Assembly: GCA_964187785.1 (NCBI GenBank) | Contig: OZ076409.1 | Location: forward strand, 81,222,001-81,286,000 | DNA from: Amphiscolops sp. MND2022 | Taxonomy: Eukaryota | Direction: 5' to 3' | Length of the DNA: 64,000 bases | Shown here: piece after piece, positions 43,301 through 55,300 of the stretch | How the letters are laid out: every line of letters begins with the position of its first letter | How positions within the stretch are numbered: the first letter of the stretch is position 1 | The notes under the pieces: model-generated | What the model saw: the letters and a program-made list of their open reading frames with translations, nothing else | Told to the model about the DNA's origin: nothing | The model's database searches: none | Made by a program: the position numbers and the translations under genes

Positions 43301-46300
43301 AACAACCTTCTTAGAAGCGAAATTGGATGTTGTTTGATCAGAAAGGCAATGATACCTCCAGAAGACTTGGTTACTTTTCAATTTTCGACCGTTTCGAACA
43401 ATTTCTGTTCATTTCTCGGTTTTTTTTTCATGGATATGAATATCTACAAAATTCAAAAACGCAACGTTCATGATTTTACCCTTTAGTGAATTGAACCGGA
43501 ATTTTAATCTGTAAAAAGGCCTTCAGGTGCCTAGAAAAGCAAAAAAGTATCTTTTTCTCAATTTTGAGAGTTCGATGCGAATTTTGTCTGACTTCTGGAT
43601 ACGCTGTCAGGTATTACTACGCACCTAGTTTAAAAATGAAATGACTATCGATAAATAGTGCTTGTCACAATGGGAACAAAATTTGAAAAAAAAGCTTGCA
43701 AATGATACAGGAAAAATTCAACAAATCACTAAAATTTGATTTTTTCGAAACTTTTTGTACCTTTTTCAATTATTTCGTTAGGTAACAATACTCAGCTAAT
43801 TCAACGACAAAAACAACAACAACAACAACAACCAAGTAGGTTTTCAGAAGATAAGAGTGTTGTTTTTTCCAAAACAGCTCCAAAAAGCCTACTCAAACCT
43901 CCTCTCAAATTTCAATTTCTCCTTGTTAATCAAATTCCCTATTTTTTTCAAGAATAAATGATTATTTATAACGTTCACAGACACAATAGTTGACTATTCA
44001 GCAATTTCTTAAAGCAAAACTTGGAATGGTATGAGAGATGTCAAAGTTTCCACGCTTGAGCCTTAAGAAAATGTAGTTAATTTATTTCTAATTGAATTCT
44101 GCAATGCAGACACATGAAAAATGTTGCAAAGCAAATATGGTTGAATTAAAACAAACAAAATCAAGTGACCGTAGCACGGTCGGTAGAGTATGGGACTCGG
44201 AATATGAAGATTACCGGTTCGATTCCCGAAACCGTCAAATATTTGATACTTCTGAAAATAGTAAAATATATTTTTCAAATGATATTCAATCAATTTGCTA
44301 TCTCGAAACATTAATCAATGTTTGCTAATATTTGTAAACAATTTGTGCTCCTTTCTCAGTTGATCTAAATTATTACATTGCGTTTCAGTATCATTTGTGG
44401 CTGGAGTATTAGAGAATATTGATTGTCATCGATCTAAAGATATTATTCCTTTCTTTCCTCTTTTGACAAAACGATCTGTAGAATCTGGAGACTACAGTTA
44501 TTTTATGGTGGCCATAGAGAGGCAGAATTTCTTTGTGGTGGCTATTCCAGATTCAATCAACCAGTTTTACAATCTTTTATAACAATCAGACAGCTCCCTT
44601 TGACGACTTCTAAAACCTCTTCCCAGTACGATGTTCCTCTTGAGAGGGTGAAAGTTTTGTTCGTGAGGAGCTCTGGACTAGGTGGACAAAACGTGAACAA
44701 ATTCAACACCAAGGCTCAAAATAGTGGACGCTGATTGTCTGCCGGCCGAAGCCAGGGAAACGATTCCATTGGAGTTTCCAAACAACGTGAACAAAGTCGG
44801 CGAGTTTTACATCACATCTGAAGTGTCTCAATATCAAGCATTGAACTTGAAGGATTGCGTCTCGAAGCTCTCCCAAGTGATTGAGTCGGCTCTTAACAAA
44901 CCACCGCCGATCTCAGCTGAAGAAAGACTCCAACTGAGTAAGATCCGAGCAAGTGAGCGCAGAGTGGCCGAAAAAGAACGATCAGCTGTGAAATCGGGAA
45001 GATGTTTTCGGCTATCCGCTGATGAATTCGCTGGAGCTCGACCAGCCCCGGAGCCCCGACACTATACCCTCGAAGCATTCTTGTCGTGAGTAAATGAAAA
45101 ACATGAGACTTGTAACAACTTTTTATTGGTAGCTTCTTCGAGATAGCAAATTCCCCCTTTAAGTTAACCAAAAAACCTGAATAAATTGACTATCAAAACC
45201 GACAACATTTCACCGAAAACTTTCCTCTGTTTACTGACCACCGATGAAAAACCCAAGGTTTTGTTGATTTGAGATGTTTTCAAATAATTAACGCTTCATG
45301 AAGTGAATACAAAAGCTGACGAAAGGTTGTTGAAATTGGAAAAAAAAACAAAAAAAACGCATGGTTTTCATATTGGCAGCTAGCTCTTTACACCATGCAT
45401 TAGAAACCTTGACTCCCGATGAAAAAGAACGATATAAAAGCAAAATTTTTTCCATCCCGGGCCTAAGTCTTAATCCGTTGACGAAAAATCCGAAAAAAAT
45501 TGTCCAAAATTTGCTTTCGAAAGATCTGAAAGATAAAAACAACATTGTTATTTGGCACGATGTCATAAATAACAGCATTTCTCGACATCATAGTAACAAC
45601 TTTTGTGCATTATCAGTGTCAGAATTGATTGAAATTTTGAAAAACATTCAGAAAACACTCAGTGCTCTGGTGTATTGCCACCGCTTTCGTACCCCCGAGA
45701 TCTTTGAATCATTGAAAACATTGGAAACCGATCTTGATATCAAAGTATTCGATATAGTCAAAGACTTTATTTCCCTGAAAAAACAGAAGGATGCCGACCT
45801 TTTGAAAAACTTTAAAGCACTGCATCAGAGCCCTGAGCTTGAACTGGAAAATTTGTACTTTCTGCTCCGTAATGAGAACGAACTGTCCTCAATAACTGAT
45901 AAAAGCCGACCCAAACGGCCAAGTAAGCGTGCCCGGAACGCTGCTAAGAGAGCCGCTGCCCCCTTTTAGTCTCAGTTGGCAAATGCCACCCCCCCCCGCT
46001 GCTTCCAGCTGTCGAGACAGTGTCCGAACTTCACTGATCGGTTGAAGTTTCTTCAGCTCTTCCTCCTTCTTTCAGAGTTGTGTCCAGTCTTGACTGACTG
46101 GTTGATACTCTGAAAGATCGTTTCGTCCCTCACCCGCACCACTGTCAACCGAGACCGCGTTTCGTCGACGCGAGTTTATCGTGTTCCGTCCTCGTAGTCT
46201 GTGACTACTTTTAACTTAAAACAAAAAAAAATTTGCCAATTTCTTTGTAGAAGCACTGTACAAACACAGTGTTGTCACCAATAAACACCGTCCTTTCTTC

Positions 46301-49300
46301 TACCGAACTTTTTCTTGGACTGTGTCCAAACTTAATTGTTTGGTTGACGTCTGAAAAAGAACAAACGCACACCGATCCCCTAAAAGTGACAACGTCATGT
46401 CTGACCCGATTCACGAAAAGGTGCAAAAGTTGTATGACAGTCGCGCGAAAGCCGAGGCTGACTTGAACAGATATCAAAAGGACGTGACAGAAGCAGTAAA
46501 CAATGCCGATAGACGCGTCCGCGTCGAACGGTTGGTCACTTCTTGCGAAGAGGCTATGACAAAGGCTTTCGCTAAGAACGAACAGCTACTCGAGCTTGCC
46601 AAGAGAACCAACGACCCGGCAACTGTCACCGCGGACTTAGAGAAATGGTTGAACGTCACGAGCATACAAAATGATGAAATTTTAAGAAGCGCAAGGGAAT
46701 ATATCGATCAATGTCCCAAAACAGATAATTCTTCGCAAACTTCAGTCAAAGCTGCCACCGTGAAGACCAAGTCTAGCAAAGCTTCAAGCAGCAAAGCGTC
46801 GAAAACTTCAAGTCAGCGCCAACGAGACTTGCTCATTGCCAAACACAAGCGAGAAGAAATTGAACGGCAAAACGAAGCTACTTTACGATTAGCTAAGCAA
46901 AAACAAGAGCTCGAGCTCGAACAACTGCAAGAAGAGAACCGCAAACGACTTGCAGAGGCGCATCTAGCTGAACTTGAACTTCAAGAAGACCCCTCTGAAG
47001 CTAACGAGGATGCTCACGAAACTCTATCGCGTTTGAGCAGAACAACGGACGCTAGCGAAACACGCCGAGTTAGCGACTGGGTCAACAACTCACCAATCGT
47101 TGCCACGACTCAACACGAGACGGTAACAGCGGTGTCTGCAAGTCTAGCGACTTCGATAACAAACACCACTGTTTCGATTCCATCTCAGCAACCTCCGGTT
47201 AATATCTCTCAGCCGACTTTCGCACCAGGTGATCCGAACGGAACAAACGGGGCAGTACAACTACCAACAACTACCGTTCCGACAATGAGTTTAAATCACA
47301 CTCCTGTGGTACAAATTCAGGCTCCTCCCTTGACAGCGCAAAACTTTGGGAATATCGGACCTTCAACATCGGCTGTCATAGTACAACAACAAGTTCAACC
47401 GACAATCCTCCCGACCCAAACTGGAAGTTGCAATGCGCAAGTTTTACCGCCACAAACGGCAGCACGGATGCCTACGTTCACAATGCCGGTGAACCACATC
47501 CTCCCAAACTTGTCCGCATGGACCTTCCCGAACCCGACTGTTACCACCGCACCGATTGTAACAACAATTCCGCCCCCGACACAGCCGACGGCACCTACTT
47601 TCATGCCGTTTGCTCACGCGCCAACCTATGCCACTCCAACTGTACCCGTTACCGCTGGTGGAACTGTTTATTATGTACCCCCAGCAACCGTTACCACGCC
47701 AATATTGTACAGTACAGCAACACAACCGACGACTTCCCTTAGTCCAAAAGCCGCTACATTTGTGCCAGCCGGAACGTCAACGACTATGCAACCAAACACA
47801 ACCGGATTCACGATACAAGATCTTGCCTTGTTGTTAGCTTCAACCAAGAAAGACCATTTGCCGGAGTGGAAACTAGCACAATACAACGGCGACCCGATTC
47901 AATGGCACGAATGGTTCGGCCAGTTCAAAGGTGCTATCGATTCAGCCCCACTCACAGATGACGTCAAGTTAACATACCTCAAGACCCTTGTAACCGGCAA
48001 AGCAAAGACTGCTATCGCTGAATTTGCTTACTGTGGAGCGATGTATAGAGATGCCCTGAAGACGCTAGAACGGAAGTTTGGACAGCCGCAAGCTGTTGTA
48101 ACTGCTTACCTCGAAAAGTTGGCAAACTTTCCACTTGTGAAGATGCATAACAGTGAGAGCATCATCAGTTACTCAGCAATAATCTGTTCTTTAGTTGGGG
48201 TCTTCCGCCCTGTCAAGCGCATCATTGCTTGGACAAGCCGTTCAAAAGCTTCCGCCAAACATGAAAGAAGCATGGTCACTGCACACAGTGAGGCGAACTT
48301 TGGACAGACCGACACTCATTGACTTCAATGACTGGCTTAAAGACAAAGCGGAAGCGCATGAGCGCATGAAGTCTCTACCCAACAAAGCGAAACCTGAAGA
48401 AAGTAACAGCGTGACCGTAACTAAGACCAAGACTGCTTCTAAGGTTTTCGCCGCTACGACGTCTAGCCAACAAAGTGTCAGCGCCAAAGGTAAAAGCGAC
48501 AAACCGTCCAACACTTGCGTCGCCTGTAAAGAAAAACATCCTTTGTGGAGATGTCCGGCATTCAGAAGGAAATCTCCCACAGAGAGAGCAAAACTTGTAG
48601 CTGAGAACAAGCTTTGCTTTTCATGCTTCAACCCAAATCACACGTTTCGCCAGTGCCCGCAACCCCGCAAGTGTACGAAAGATGGATGCGGAAGTTCACA
48701 TAACACCTTCTTGCACGGAGCTGAGAGAATTTTTGCCAAGAAAGTCACTGATGTGAACAAGGACAAAACTGAAACATCTGGTTCTATTGGGACGTCAATG
48801 AACAACGAAAGATCAGACGAGAGCTCAGGCATGCCTTCCGTAGCTGACGTTAAAGGCCTGTTACAAATAACGGAAGTTGAACTTCACGCAAACGGCACAA
48901 ATGAAAAAGTCCTAGCACTGTGTGATTCTGCCTGCAGCCATTCCTGGATCTCAGCAAATCTGGCAACGAAGTTGAACGTACACGGCACCCCGACCAAGCT
49001 TACTGTCCATGGCATAAATTCCAACCAAGTCGTAGACACGCAACTGGTGGAGCTTAAGTTGACACCCGTTCATTCGGGTGGCTCTTGCCCTCCCTTTGTT
49101 GCCAAACCGTACGTCAGGGAAGACCTCAAAGTCGGAACTGACACCATCGATGTCGAACTTTTGAAAACAAGGTACCCAAATTTGCAACCAATCTCTTTGA
49201 AAAAGTACAGCTACGCCGATGTTGAAATGATCCTAGGTCAGGATGTTTTCCACTCGATCCGCCCGCTGGAGTATTTTGATTCCGACCGCAAAAATGCTCC

Positions 49301-52300
49301 AGTTGCCGTTCGTTTACCGTTGGGTTGGGTTTTGAGTGGACCGCTCCCCTCGTCCTCAGGTCTCTATTCAACTTGTTTTAAAGCTGTTGCTTCTAACAAG
49401 GAATTGGACTCCGAACTTGCCGACCAACTCCGAAGCTGGTACGATATCGAATCGTATGGAGCGTACAAACAAGTAGATTCGCGTTCCGCAGCCGATGCGA
49501 GAGCGTTGGAAATACTTGAAGAAACGACTTACCACGATGGTAAGTGGTACCATGTGGGAATGTTGTGGACCGAAGCCGACAGTAGTTTGCCGAATAACTA
49601 CTTTTCCGCGCTCGTGCAGCTAAAGTCGTTAGAACGTCGCCTCGACAAAGATCCTGAATTGAAACAACTTTACGCCAAAACAATTCACGACGACTTCAAC
49701 AAAGGTTACATTACCCAAGTCGACAAAAGCGACTGTTTCAAATTAGACCAACCCCGCGAGTGGTACCTGCCACACCATCCTGTAGTGCACCCGCTCAAAC
49801 CTGGCAAAGTTCGCAGAGTATTGAATGGCGCAGCAAGGTTCCAGGGCCAATTTTTGAACAACGCCTTGTTAACCGGACCGGACTTGCTACAAAGTTTGAT
49901 ACACATACTGATCCGCTTTCGTCAACACAATTACGCCGTCTCTGCCGATATCGAAGGTATGTTTCTTCAAGTTGGAGTCATACCAAAAGATCAACCTTCA
50001 CTTCGTTTTCTGTGGCGGGAAGACCCAGCTGCAGAAATCGCTGTGTATCAGTACGTCCGGCACATCTTCGGGTCGAAGGACTCACCAACATGTGCGAACT
50101 ACGCACTGAAGCGTACTGGTAGCGATAACCAAGACACTCTCCCTGAAGCAGCAAAAAGCGTTCATCGCAGTTTTTACATGGACGACTACTTGGAGTCAAG
50201 CCCTACTGTCGAAGAGGCCAGTAACAAAGCAAAGGACTTGGTCACACTGCTTGCAAAAGGTAGCTTCAATCTAACCAAGTTTGTCTCCAACATTACCCAC
50301 CTTCCAGCCGAACTGCAACAAAGCGGTGAACTAACACCAACTGATGAGAAGGTGATTCCGAAACCAGACGAGTCCTCACATGTCTTGGGACTTAAATGGA
50401 ATCATGCAGGTGACACCCTCGTAGTAAGTCGGGGAACGAGCCCTGCTACGAACAAGAAACTTACTCAACGAGTGGTACTTAGCCTAGTTTCAGCTGTCTA
50501 CGATCCCATTGGACTCGTTGCTCCGTTTACCGTCCAAGCAAGACTGTTGTTGAAAGACATCTGGAGATTAAGTGGTCAACAGTGGGATGACGATCTGCCT
50601 GACGAAATCGTAACTAAGTTCAACGAATGGAGCAAGGAACTGCCAACTTTGAGCGAAATTCAAATCCCACGGAGCTATTTCGAAGAACGAGTTGAAACCT
50701 TGGAGCTTCATATGTTCGGTGACAGCTCTCAAGATGTCTTCAGCGCCGTCGCCTTTCTACGAGGAAAAGTTGCCACCACGACTGGTTATACAACAGAGTT
50801 AGCTTTCGTCTTTGGGAAAGCCAGAGTAGCACCCATGAAAGCCCTTACGATCCCGAAGCTTGAACTACAAGCCTCGTTGCTTGCTGCACGACTCCGAAAA
50901 GAAATTGAAAATGCGCTAACGGTCGGAGTTGCTAACACTTTCATGTGGACGGACAGCACGACAGTCCTTCAGTGACTCCATTCTTTAGAGAAGCAACCGG
51001 TGTTTGTAACCAACCGCGTTGCCGAAATCCTGGAACTAACAACAGTGGATGAATGGAACTATGTTAAATCAAGTGACAACCCCGCTGATGCAGGAACGCG
51101 TGGTCTTTCAGCCAACTCACTTCGTGACAGTTCTTGTCTCAAAGGTCCTTCATTCTTGCGAACACACGACTGGCCGTTCAAACCACCAAAAGAACTTGAG
51201 GTCAAATTGAAAGCGAAAAAGTCGGACACTCCCCTTTCGGAACAAGAAACTTCAGAATTTTTGACAGTTTTAAGTGCAACTGTGATCGGCATCGCGACAA
51301 CTTTCGAGTGGCAGAAGTACAGCTCGTACGAGAAACTTCTGCGCGTTGTTGCTTACATTTTGCGCCTACTGCCAAAAAACGAAGGTTATCGATCCGACTC
51401 TGGTTTAGTAACTGACCCAAATGAAATACGAAATGCTGAATTGAGACTTTTCTATCTCATCCAATAAGAGTCATTTTCCGTCGAACTGAAGTGCTTGCTG
51501 AAACAATCCCCCGTCAGCAACTCTTCCAAACTTTCCCAATTCTCCCCTTTCATTGGGCCTCAGGGCCTAATGCGAGCAACCGGTCGGATCAAACAACTAA
51601 CAGTTTCCACCTTCGACGCAAAGCACCCAATTTTACTGGACAGCCGTCACCCCGCCGTACGCTTGTACTTAGAACAGCTCCACGAAACGCATTGCCATCA
51701 GGGTGTCGACTACTTGAGAGCGTTGGTGCAGCAACAGTTCGCCATCGTCAAGCTTAGAACCGCCTTGAGGTCAATTGTTTCCAAATGTGTCATTTGCCGC
51801 AAACGTCGAGCGGAAACTGTCAACCCGATAATGTCCGACCTTCCACGGGAAAGACTGGCATTTCAAGAGCGTCCATTTACGAACACCGGAATTGACTATT
51901 TTGGTCCGTTTTACGTAGCTGTGAAAAGATCAACCGAAAAACGATGGGGATTCCTATTCACTTGCTTAACAACCAGAGCTGTCCATTTTGAAGTTGTCCC
52001 GTCAATGGACACTAGTAGCTGTGTTATGGGAATCGAAAGATTTGCCGCCCGTCGGGGCGTCCCATCAGTTTTGTGGTCTGACAACGGAACCAATTTCATC
52101 GCCAGTGAAAAGGAGTTACTGCAAAATGTGTCAGCGTGGAACCAACAGATTCTGTCTGAAGCTTTGGTCAAAAAACGGATCCACTGGAAGTTCAATCCTC
52201 CCAGTGCCCCTCACCACGGAGGTGTCTGGGAACGAATTGTCAGGAGCTTCAAACACGTTTTTTATGCAATCCTTGGAAACCGTCGCCTAACTGACGAGAT

Positions 52301-55300
52301 ACTAACAACTACTTTCTGTCTGGTGGAACAAAGTCTGAATTGCCGTCCACTGATACCCGTTAGCTCCGACGCTACGGATTTAGACGCGTTGACACCAAAC
52401 CACTTCCTCTTGGGAACCGCGAGTTGCACAATGCCATCGCACCAAAGAGCCGACGTAGACCACAGGAAACGCTACGCACGCGCGCAAGCGTACTCAGATG
52501 CAATTTGGGACCGTTGGCTCAAAGATTACGTTCCGTCGCTTAACCGCCGTTCGAAGTGGTCAGCCCAACCAAATCGAGATCTCAAGGCCGGTGACTTTGT
52601 CTGGATTGTGGAGCCCACGAGTCCACGAGGACATTACCCACTTGCACGTGTGGTCAAGCTGAACTACGGTACCGACGCTGTCGCTCGTTCTGCGGAACTG
52701 AAAACTGCAACAGGAAACCTCGTTCGACCCGTTGTCAAACTCGCACCCGTTCTCCCGTCCCCCGATTCCCCAAATCTTACTTAATTTGTAATAATTCTTC
52801 GTTTTTGTTTTCTCTTGTAATTATGCCTAATCTGAATAAAATGTAACATGTACATCGAAAATCCATGTAAACCGTTTTCGAAAAAAAAGAGCTTTTCAGT
52901 TTTTAACGTTTTCGCATTCTCACCTTCTTGGGCCCGGAGGATGTTGCAAAGCAAATATGGTTGAATTAAAACAAACAAAATCAAGTGACCGTAGCACGGT
53001 CGGTAGAGTATGGGACTCGGAATATGAAGATTACCGGTTCGACTCCCGAAACCGTCAAATATTTGATACTTCTGAAAATAGTAAAATATATTTTTCAAAT
53101 GATATTCAATCAATTTGCTATCTCGAAACATTAATCAATGTTTGCTAATATTTGTAAACAATTTGTGCTCCTTTCTCAGTTGATCTAAATTATTACATTG
53201 CGTTTCAGTATCATTTGTGGCTGGAGTATTAGAGAATATTGATTGTCATCGATCTAAAGATATTATTCCTTTCTTTCCTCTTTTGACAAAACGATCTGTA
53301 GAATCTGGAGACTACAGTTATTTTAAAAAAGTTCATTCATTGTTTTCATTTTTTTTCAAAGCAACGTTCGAATAAAGTTTTTCACGACCTACAAAGACAG
53401 TCAGAGTTAGTTTTTTTGAAAAGATTTTCCAAAAAACATCATACCCTTTCACATGAAAATTTTGAAAAAAAATCTTCAACTTCACGTGTGGCTTCTTTGC
53501 ATTTTGTTATTTTCCGCTCACACATAATGGGGAAGAAAATCATAATCAGTGTTGCGTTTTTTTAACAAGTTCTGCCAAATCTCCACTTTATTACTCCATT
53601 TAGTAAATTCTAGTCCCATTGCAGTTGGTAGTGCGTCTGCCTGGCAGATACGAGGTCGTGGGTTCGAACCGGTGCTGATGCGTTCCATTTTTGGCGGAAA
53701 AGATCCCTGAACTTAGCGGGCGTCTTCTTAATCTTTCGGATCTTATGAATATCAACCCACCCATGCATACTTGGGGAGTCTCTTCGCTAGGAAGTGCAAC
53801 TTGGAGGGCCTGTTCTTCATTAGGGGTTGACTGTAGTTAATAAGATTACATTTTTTTCTGTAAAGGGGAATTGGCATTTTTTAATAAGTAGATTCCATTG
53901 AAGTACAAGAAACATACCTCTCCATAAAAACACCATTTTCATTGTCCATGACATTGTGACATGCTACTACCATGACCTCTACCGCAAACTCAATTCACAC
54001 CATGACATAAGGACGTAGGCAGAGAGACTTGGTCTTGTTTCCCAATAGAACACTAATTACTGTCAAATAATGTTGTTGTATTGATAGATCAGTTATACTT
54101 TGTTGAAGTAAAAGAATAGACACTGTTAAAGATACTGAGTTAAAGTCTTAACATAAAGAACCGTTTTTAACCGTGAGACCCTTGATTACAACAGGCATAT
54201 TTTTGAACAAAATGTTGTTACACTTTGAACAGTATCAGTTTGCTGTTTTTATTTAAGAAGCGCCGAGTAAAAATCGAGGTACTAGATGATAAAATTTTCA
54301 GAGATAAATTAAAAATACGAACCGAATCCAGCAATCGCATCCGAAAACCCAGTTTTCGAAATTTCTCAAAATGCTTTTTTGAACTATTCCCGCACGCAGT
54401 CAAGTGGACGCCCTTTTTAATTTCATTTTCTGTGAAAAAAAAAACGTTTTAACGTACCCCTTTTGTCATATTGTTAACCTTCTTCTATCCTTTAGTTAGA
54501 ATTTCCTAACTTGAAGTTTTTTCGAAAGAGTTGACTCTTTCGAAAAAAAACTCAAGCAAAAAGTTCTTACTTTATATCACTTACAACATAAAACTAATAT
54601 GAAGCAACATAAACTTTTTCTTCTTTAATTGGCTCATCATGTAAACTCAGCTGGTAAAATACTGTATATCGGCTGTATCTTTTTTACAGAGTTTTCAAAA
54701 CTAAATTTATAAAAAAATAATATTGTAAATTACTGTACTTTATACTATTAAATATATATTTCACAAAAAATTGTAAGAAAAATTGTTGAAAAACTAGAGT
54801 CTGAAATTCCCTTTATTCATGTATATTATCTAATTTTATATCGAAGAATAATGAAATAATTGTCTTCACAAGCTTCTGCTTTCTCATCTACAATATTTAG
54901 ACGTTTCTTATTTTCTTTTCAGTTGCAAAACATTCAACAGAACACGCCAGTTCTGAACAGAGTGTATTACACAGATGGTATCATCAACGATGCTGTCATT
55001 GTGAGTCAGAGGTACCAGCAAGACAAGTCAGACTTGGGAGACTGTCTTGAGGCCACAGCAGGGTTCATCAAGAACAGCTCGAGGTCACATATTGCCCTTT
55101 GTGGGCTAGTCTCGCCCCCTCCCCAGTCATCCTCAAACACCACCATGGGCAGATCACTGGCAGAGTCTCAGAGCTGGTGCGGGGACACTGACAAAATTGG
55201 TAGCAGCAAACAAGAGTGAGTAAAATAATGTAAAAAGTTTCACTGACAAACTGGAGAAAACGCCATGTGTGTTTTGGTTAAAAGGTTTGAAATTTAGATT

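Larger units (their letters stand above)
44122..53325 (+). mobile_element. BEL/Pao LTR retrotransposon, recent insertion, with extra 5' cargo
   Basis: 384-bp LTRs with 1 mismatch; AAAAA 5-bp TSD; PBS-like tggtggcc directly after the 5' LTR; PPT-like gggcccggagga before the 3' LTR; Pao-type gag-pol. Confidence 0.96.

Noticed and set aside
42900..43420. possible very old non-LTR RT fragment (ISVL..FEK, EEQF)
   Set aside because: Too degraded to support without a profile search.
44166..44237. functional tRNA gene
   Set aside because: Anticodon, T and acceptor stems pair poorly; reported as a tRNA-derived module instead.
47395..50199. antisense and alternative-frame ORFs over gag-pol
   Set aside because: Shadows of the long coding frame, with no independent motifs.
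50973..50975. programmed stop readthrough or alternative genetic code at the TGA in pol
   Set aside because: Other Trp codons are TGG and the element has two further lesions; a point mutation is the simpler explanation.
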